The notes under the pieces are model-generated. The model saw only the letters and a program-made list of their open reading frames with translations. It was not told where the DNA came from and did no database searches. Source: Opitutia bacterium (GTDB lineage Bacteria; Verrucomicrobiota; Verrucomicrobiia; Opitutales; T3Sed10-336). From it: a DNA stretch of 50,468 bases. Each line of letters opens with the position of its first letter. Position 1 is the first letter of the stretch. This document shows, one piece after another, positions 46,733 through 50,468 of the stretch. The DNA is taken from assembly GCA_050506795.1 (NCBI GenBank), contig JBJHCF010000016.1, positions 26,736 to 77,203 on the forward strand. Direction: 5' to 3'. Made by a program: the position numbers and the translations under genes.

Positions 46733-48010
46733 ATGAAACGGGATTTTAGAATTAGTGCATATTTAATATTTTTGCTCTCTTTAGCATCAGGTTGTGAGCC
46801 ATCCGCTGAACCTGAGCTTACGAAGAAAGCAATTTTCGTCATTATTGACGGGGTATCGGCCGATATTCTGGAAAGAACGGATACTCCAAATATCGATCGT
46901 ATTATAGCCGAAGGAAGCTATACGCGGGGCTGGCTCGGAGGAATTGCCGGTGAGTATTCCGAATCGCCGACGATTTCGGCCGTGGGTTACAACCATGTTT
47001 TGACTGGGGTTTGGTCCAACAAGCACAATGTGTACACCAACGATATCGAAGACCCCAACTACAATTATTGGAATATCTTCAGGCTCTTCAAATATCACCA
47101 CCCGGATAAGCCGGTTGCCATCTATTCATCCTGGCTTGATAACAGGACAAAACTTGTGGGAGACGGTCTTTCTGAGGCGGGTAATGTCCGTGTGGATATA
47201 CACTACGACGGCTATGATGTGGACACTCTCGAATTTCCTCATGAATACGGATATGTGCAGGATATCGATGAACATGTTTCAAAAAAAGCGGAGGAAAGCA
47301 TTCGGCGCGACAGCCCCTATCTCTCCTGGGTCTATCTCTGGTACCCGGATGACACGGGGCACCGGTACGGAGAGGTTGAGGAACACTTCGATTCCATAAG
47401 AGCCGCCGATGCGCAGGTTGGCAGAATTTACGATGCCGTTCGATACCGTACAGAGAATTATAATGAAGACTGGCTGTTTGTGGTCACAACAGATCACGGG
47501 CGAAGGCTTCCCGACGGAAAAGACCATGGCGAGCAGTCCGAACGTGAGCGAACCATCTGGATTGTCACCAACAAATCCGATATGAACCGGTTTTTCTTTG
47601 ATGGGAATCCGCCTATTACAAGCCTCTATCCAACTCTTGCCCGCCATCTTGACCTTCACATAGCACGGTCTCTTGAAAAAGAGCTGGATGGTGTTCCTTT
47701 AGTGGGTGAGGTTTCTCTAAGTGATCCAACCGTTGTGCTGAGTGAAGACAAGCGGAGCCTTGAAATTGGCTGGATCGCCTGGAGTGACGATGGCAATGTT
47801 CGAATCAAGGTCAGCCCCACAAATAATTTCGGTGATGGCGGAGTAGATGATTACGAGCTTTTGGGTGAGGTAGCGATATCGGATGAATTTGCAACAGTTG
47901 ACGTTGGCGAAATGCCCTCCGATTTCTATAAAATCGTGCTTGAAGGCCCGCACAATATGGTGAACCGGTGGATTTTTACCGAAAACGCGGAAGGTAGCAA
48001 CAAGCTGTAA
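46733..48010 (+). CDS. Alkaline phosphatase superfamily (nucleotide pyrophosphatase/phosphodiesterase-like) lipoprotein
   Basis: Lipobox LASGC, IIDGV, TPNID, PDDTGH, TTDHG. Confidence 0.88.
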   Translation: MKRDFRISAYLIFLLSLASGCEPSAEPELTKKAIFVIIDGVSADILERTDTPNIDRIIAEGSYTRGWLGGIAGEYSESPTISAVGYNHVLTGVWSNKHNVYTNDIEDPNYNYWNIFRLFKYHHPDKPVAIYSSWLDNRTKLVGDGLSEAGNVRVDIHYDGYDVDTLEFPHEYGYVQDIDEHVSKKAEESIRRDSPYLSWVYLWYPDDTGHRYGEVEEHFDSIRAADAQVGRIYDAVRYRTENYNEDWLFVVTTDHGRRLPDGKDHGEQSERERTIWIVTNKSDMNRFFFDGNPPITSLYPTLARHLDLHIARSLEKELDGVPLVGEVSLSDPTVVLSEDKRSLEIGWIAWSDDGNVRIKVSPTNNFGDGGVDDYELLGEVAISDEFATVDVGEMPSDFYKIVLEGPHNMVNRWIFTENAEGSNKL

Positions 48011-48127
48011 TGTTTCCTCGAAAGGGTTTTGACGGCGATTTCAAGAGGACCGCCTCGTCGAACGACGGCGTATGCGCCATCTCTCCGAGAAACGCCCCCT
48101 TGCGGTTGGATCCCTTCGGTCGGCAGG

Positions 48128-50467
48128 TCAATCGTTACCGTTGCCAGGCAGCAGCACGCGAAGGCGAATCATTCGAAACCGATTTTCTTCAATGGGTATT
48201 CGATCAAAGAAAACGATCCGTCCCGGCGACTCCTCCAGGATTCCGATATGCTCGTCACCGGAATGCCACGTTTTCAGGTCGCTGGAAACCTCCGCCCGGA
48301 AAACGATGTCGGTCGCGTCGGGATTGCGCTCCACGGTCAACGTCAGACGAGACGACCCTTCGTACTCGGTCAGATCCATTGCCGGGAGAGCTGAAGAAGG
48401 TATCGGTGACCGCGGATCCACTCCCAGCGCGTACCTCAGCAAGTTGGTATGAAAATCATTCGCGGAGCTTTCGTCCGGAGCGGTCTCAACTCCGTGCACC
48501 GCCGCCCACCAAGCGTAGGGCCGGTCCGCTTTGATCGATTCAAAAATGGCTCCGAGTTTCGCCAGGGTATTCACCTGATCGGACTGCGCCCCGGCAATTG
48601 CCTCATTCAGCAAGGCCAAGAACTCCTCGGTCAATACCTCGATTCCCAGCGCCGCGAAATCTTGCAACCCGGGGGCGTCGGTCACACCGTCCGATGCGGC
48701 ATAATCCAACACCTTTTCCCATGCATCCGTCACCACCATACAATCGATTTCGACGACTTGGCCCGCCAGGCGGTCATCTCCGCCGGCAACCATCGCGCTG
48801 AGAGTTTTCAGTCCTGGTTCCAAATCGCGATAGGTGAAGGTGACGCTCGACGCTCCCTGCTGAATCGCGATCGGTACCACAAAGTTCAGGTGCGCGTTGA
48901 AACGGATCGTCCCCCCGGAGGTCGAATCCAACACAAACTCCGTGTCCGCATCGACCGCCGCCGGATTCAGGTACGCATCCACTACCGTAAGCGTGAAGAC
49001 ATCACTGATGGTACCCGCCTGCACCACGTTCGGACCGCTCAAGAGGATTTGCTTCGGTTCGCCCGCTTCGACTTCGATTTCATGCTTCGCCATCACTTCC
49101 GCCAGAAGGCTGTCACCGTCATCAAACACGGCGGTGATCGCCTGAATCCCTGCTTCCGTGTCGCGATAGGTAAAGGTCACCGTTGAGGCCCCGGCCACAA
49201 TCTGAATCGGCAAAACAAAGTTCAGATGCGGATTGAAACGCGTGTTTCCTTCCGAAGTCGTACTCAAGGCAAACGTTGTATCTGTATCGACCGCAGTCGG
49301 ATTTAGATGCGCGTCCACCACCGTGATGGAAAACTCTTCGCTGATCGCGTTCGCGGTCACCCTATCCGGCCCGGCGATCACAATCCCCGCCGGCTCCCCA
49401 GCCAGAATCGCGGCCGAAGCCTCGCCAGTGGTCGTGAGTAGCGTGTAATTGCCCTGATCCGCGCCTCCGGTAAGCCTGATATCTGAAATCAACACCGCCT
49501 TGCCCTCGCCCACCGATGCATCCTCGAACGCCGCATCGAACTCAAATTCCAGCTCATCCCCGGCAACCCGGTTATCTGTGAAATCCACACCGGTCACATC
49601 AGTGGTACCATCGTAAGTCTTACTGTCGGCCACAAATTCATCCAGGGTCAAATCCCGGGCAGTGATGTCCGCCGTCAGGCCTTCCGGCTGGGTCAGCGAG
49701 TAGTTGCCGGCGTCTTCGCCGGTCAGCGTCAGTGACGAAGTAACCGCGATGCCTTCACCCACGGTCGACTGCGCGAAACTCCCCGTCAGCGAATCCAGGG
49801 AAACGTCATCGTCACCAACCACACCGTTTAGCTCCGCTCCTGTAATCGTCGCGACGGCGGTGCCGTCGTAAACCTTGTTTTCCGCCACAGCGCCACTCAC
49901 CGTCAGCGCCTTAGCCGTAATGTCGGCGGTTGCTTCACCGGTCGTGGTCACCAGGGTGTAATTGCCCTGATCGGATCCACCGGAAATCGCGATGTCGGTT
50001 ACGGCAACCGTTTTCCCTTCGCCCACTGAAGCGTCTGCAAACGCGGCGTCAAAAGTGAACTCAAGCTCGTCACCTTCGAGGCGGTCATCATCGAACCCAA
50101 CTCCGCTCACATCGGTGGTGCCGTCGTAATCTTTGCTGTCGGCCGTGAAATTGCTCAAAACCAAATCCCGAACGGTGATATCGGCCGTCAGGCCTTCCGG
50201 CTGGGTCAGCGAGTAGTTGCCGGCATCTTCGCCGGTCAACGTCAGCGACGCGGTCACAGCGATGCCCTCACCTACTCCCGACTGCGCGAAACTCCCCGTC
50301 AGCGAATCGAGCGAGACGTCATCGTCACCAACCACGCCGTCTAGCTCCGCTCCTGTAATCGTCGCGACGGCGGTGCCGTCGTAAACCTTGTTTTCCGCCA
50401 CAGCGCCACTCACCGTCAGCGCCTTAGCCGTAATGTCGGCGGTTGCTTCACCGGTCGTGGTCACCAG
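48128..50467 (-). CDS. Large surface protein/adhesin with YDG repeats, Ig-like domains and a Verrucomicrobia-type C-terminal domain (5' end outside the window)
   Basis: KVYDGT/KDYDGT/KTYDGT repeats with GNY.L; frame is open to the window edge. Confidence 0.88.
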   Translation of the reverse strand: MVTTTGEATADITAKALTVSGAVAENKVYDGTAVATITGAELDGVVGDDDVSLDSLTGSFAQSGVGEGIAVTASLTLTGEDAGNYSLTQPEGLTADITVRDLVLSNFTADSKDYDGTTDVSGVGFDDDRLEGDELEFTFDAAFADASVGEGKTVAVTDIAISGGSDQGNYTLVTTTGEATADITAKALTVSGAVAENKVYDGTAVATITGAELNGVVGDDDVSLDSLTGSFAQSTVGEGIAVTSSLTLTGEDAGNYSLTQPEGLTADITARDLTLDEFVADSKTYDGTTDVTGVDFTDNRVAGDELEFEFDAAFEDASVGEGKAVLISDIRLTGGADQGNYTLLTTTGEASAAILAGEPAGIVIAGPDRVTANAISEEFSITVVDAHLNPTAVDTDTTFALSTTSEGNTRFNPHLNFVLPIQIVAGASTVTFTYRDTEAGIQAITAVFDDGDSLLAEVMAKHEIEVEAGEPKQILLSGPNVVQAGTISDVFTLTVVDAYLNPAAVDADTEFVLDSTSGGTIRFNAHLNFVVPIAIQQGASSVTFTYRDLEPGLKTLSAMVAGGDDRLAGQVVEIDCMVVTDAWEKVLDYAASDGVTDAPGLQDFAALGIEVLTEEFLALLNEAIAGAQSDQVNTLAKLGAIFESIKADRPYAWWAAVHGVETAPDESSANDFHTNLLRYALGVDPRSPIPSSALPAMDLTEYEGSSRLTLTVERNPDATDIVFRAEVSSDLKTWHSGDEHIGILEESPGRIVFFDRIPIEENRFRMIRLRVLLPGNGND

Positions 50468-50468
50468 G
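49672..50468. repeat. 513-bp-period intragenic tandem repeat
   Basis: CCGGTCGTGGTCACCAGG at 49938 and 50451; about 49672-49955 is near-identical to 50185-50468. Confidence 0.9.

Overview
GC-rich bacterial chromosomal window, probably Verrucomicrobiota (Opitutales-like). That assignment is an inference from gene content and a Verrucomicrobia-type C-terminal domain on the last ORF. It holds about 47 CDS. I recognised no rRNA, tRNA, CRISPR array, transposase or integrase. Main blocks in order: an M20 amidohydrolase; an 8-gene MoxR AAA+/DUF58/vWA/ABC membrane operon (1.5-13.5 kb); YceI, SLC13-TrkA-C, MscS and a TIGR03790-like lipoprotein; cupin-TetR-cupin; a secreted hypothetical, a dienelactone hydrolase and a GH43; a GbsR/MarR-membrane-DCC-TIGR01777 operon; an AraC-controlled L-sugar module (Tat Gfo/Idh/MocA, L-galactose-dehydrogenase-like AKR, FucP); a YciI-ECF sigma-SRPBCC-DoxX-VOC operon; paired crcB genes around an unannotated half-DUF190 ORF; an HxlR-EamA-AzoR module with duplicated promoters; an efflux-OMF remnant; a lower-GC phosphatase-superfamily lipoprotein; and the 3' part of a large YDG-repeat surface protein. 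Intergenic DNA is rich in structure: several REP-like hairpin families, a twice-occurring AT-rich 36-bp palindrome of unknown function, and readable operators for the AraC, GbsR and HxlR regulators. All family calls come from motif recognition by eye; no database searches were run.
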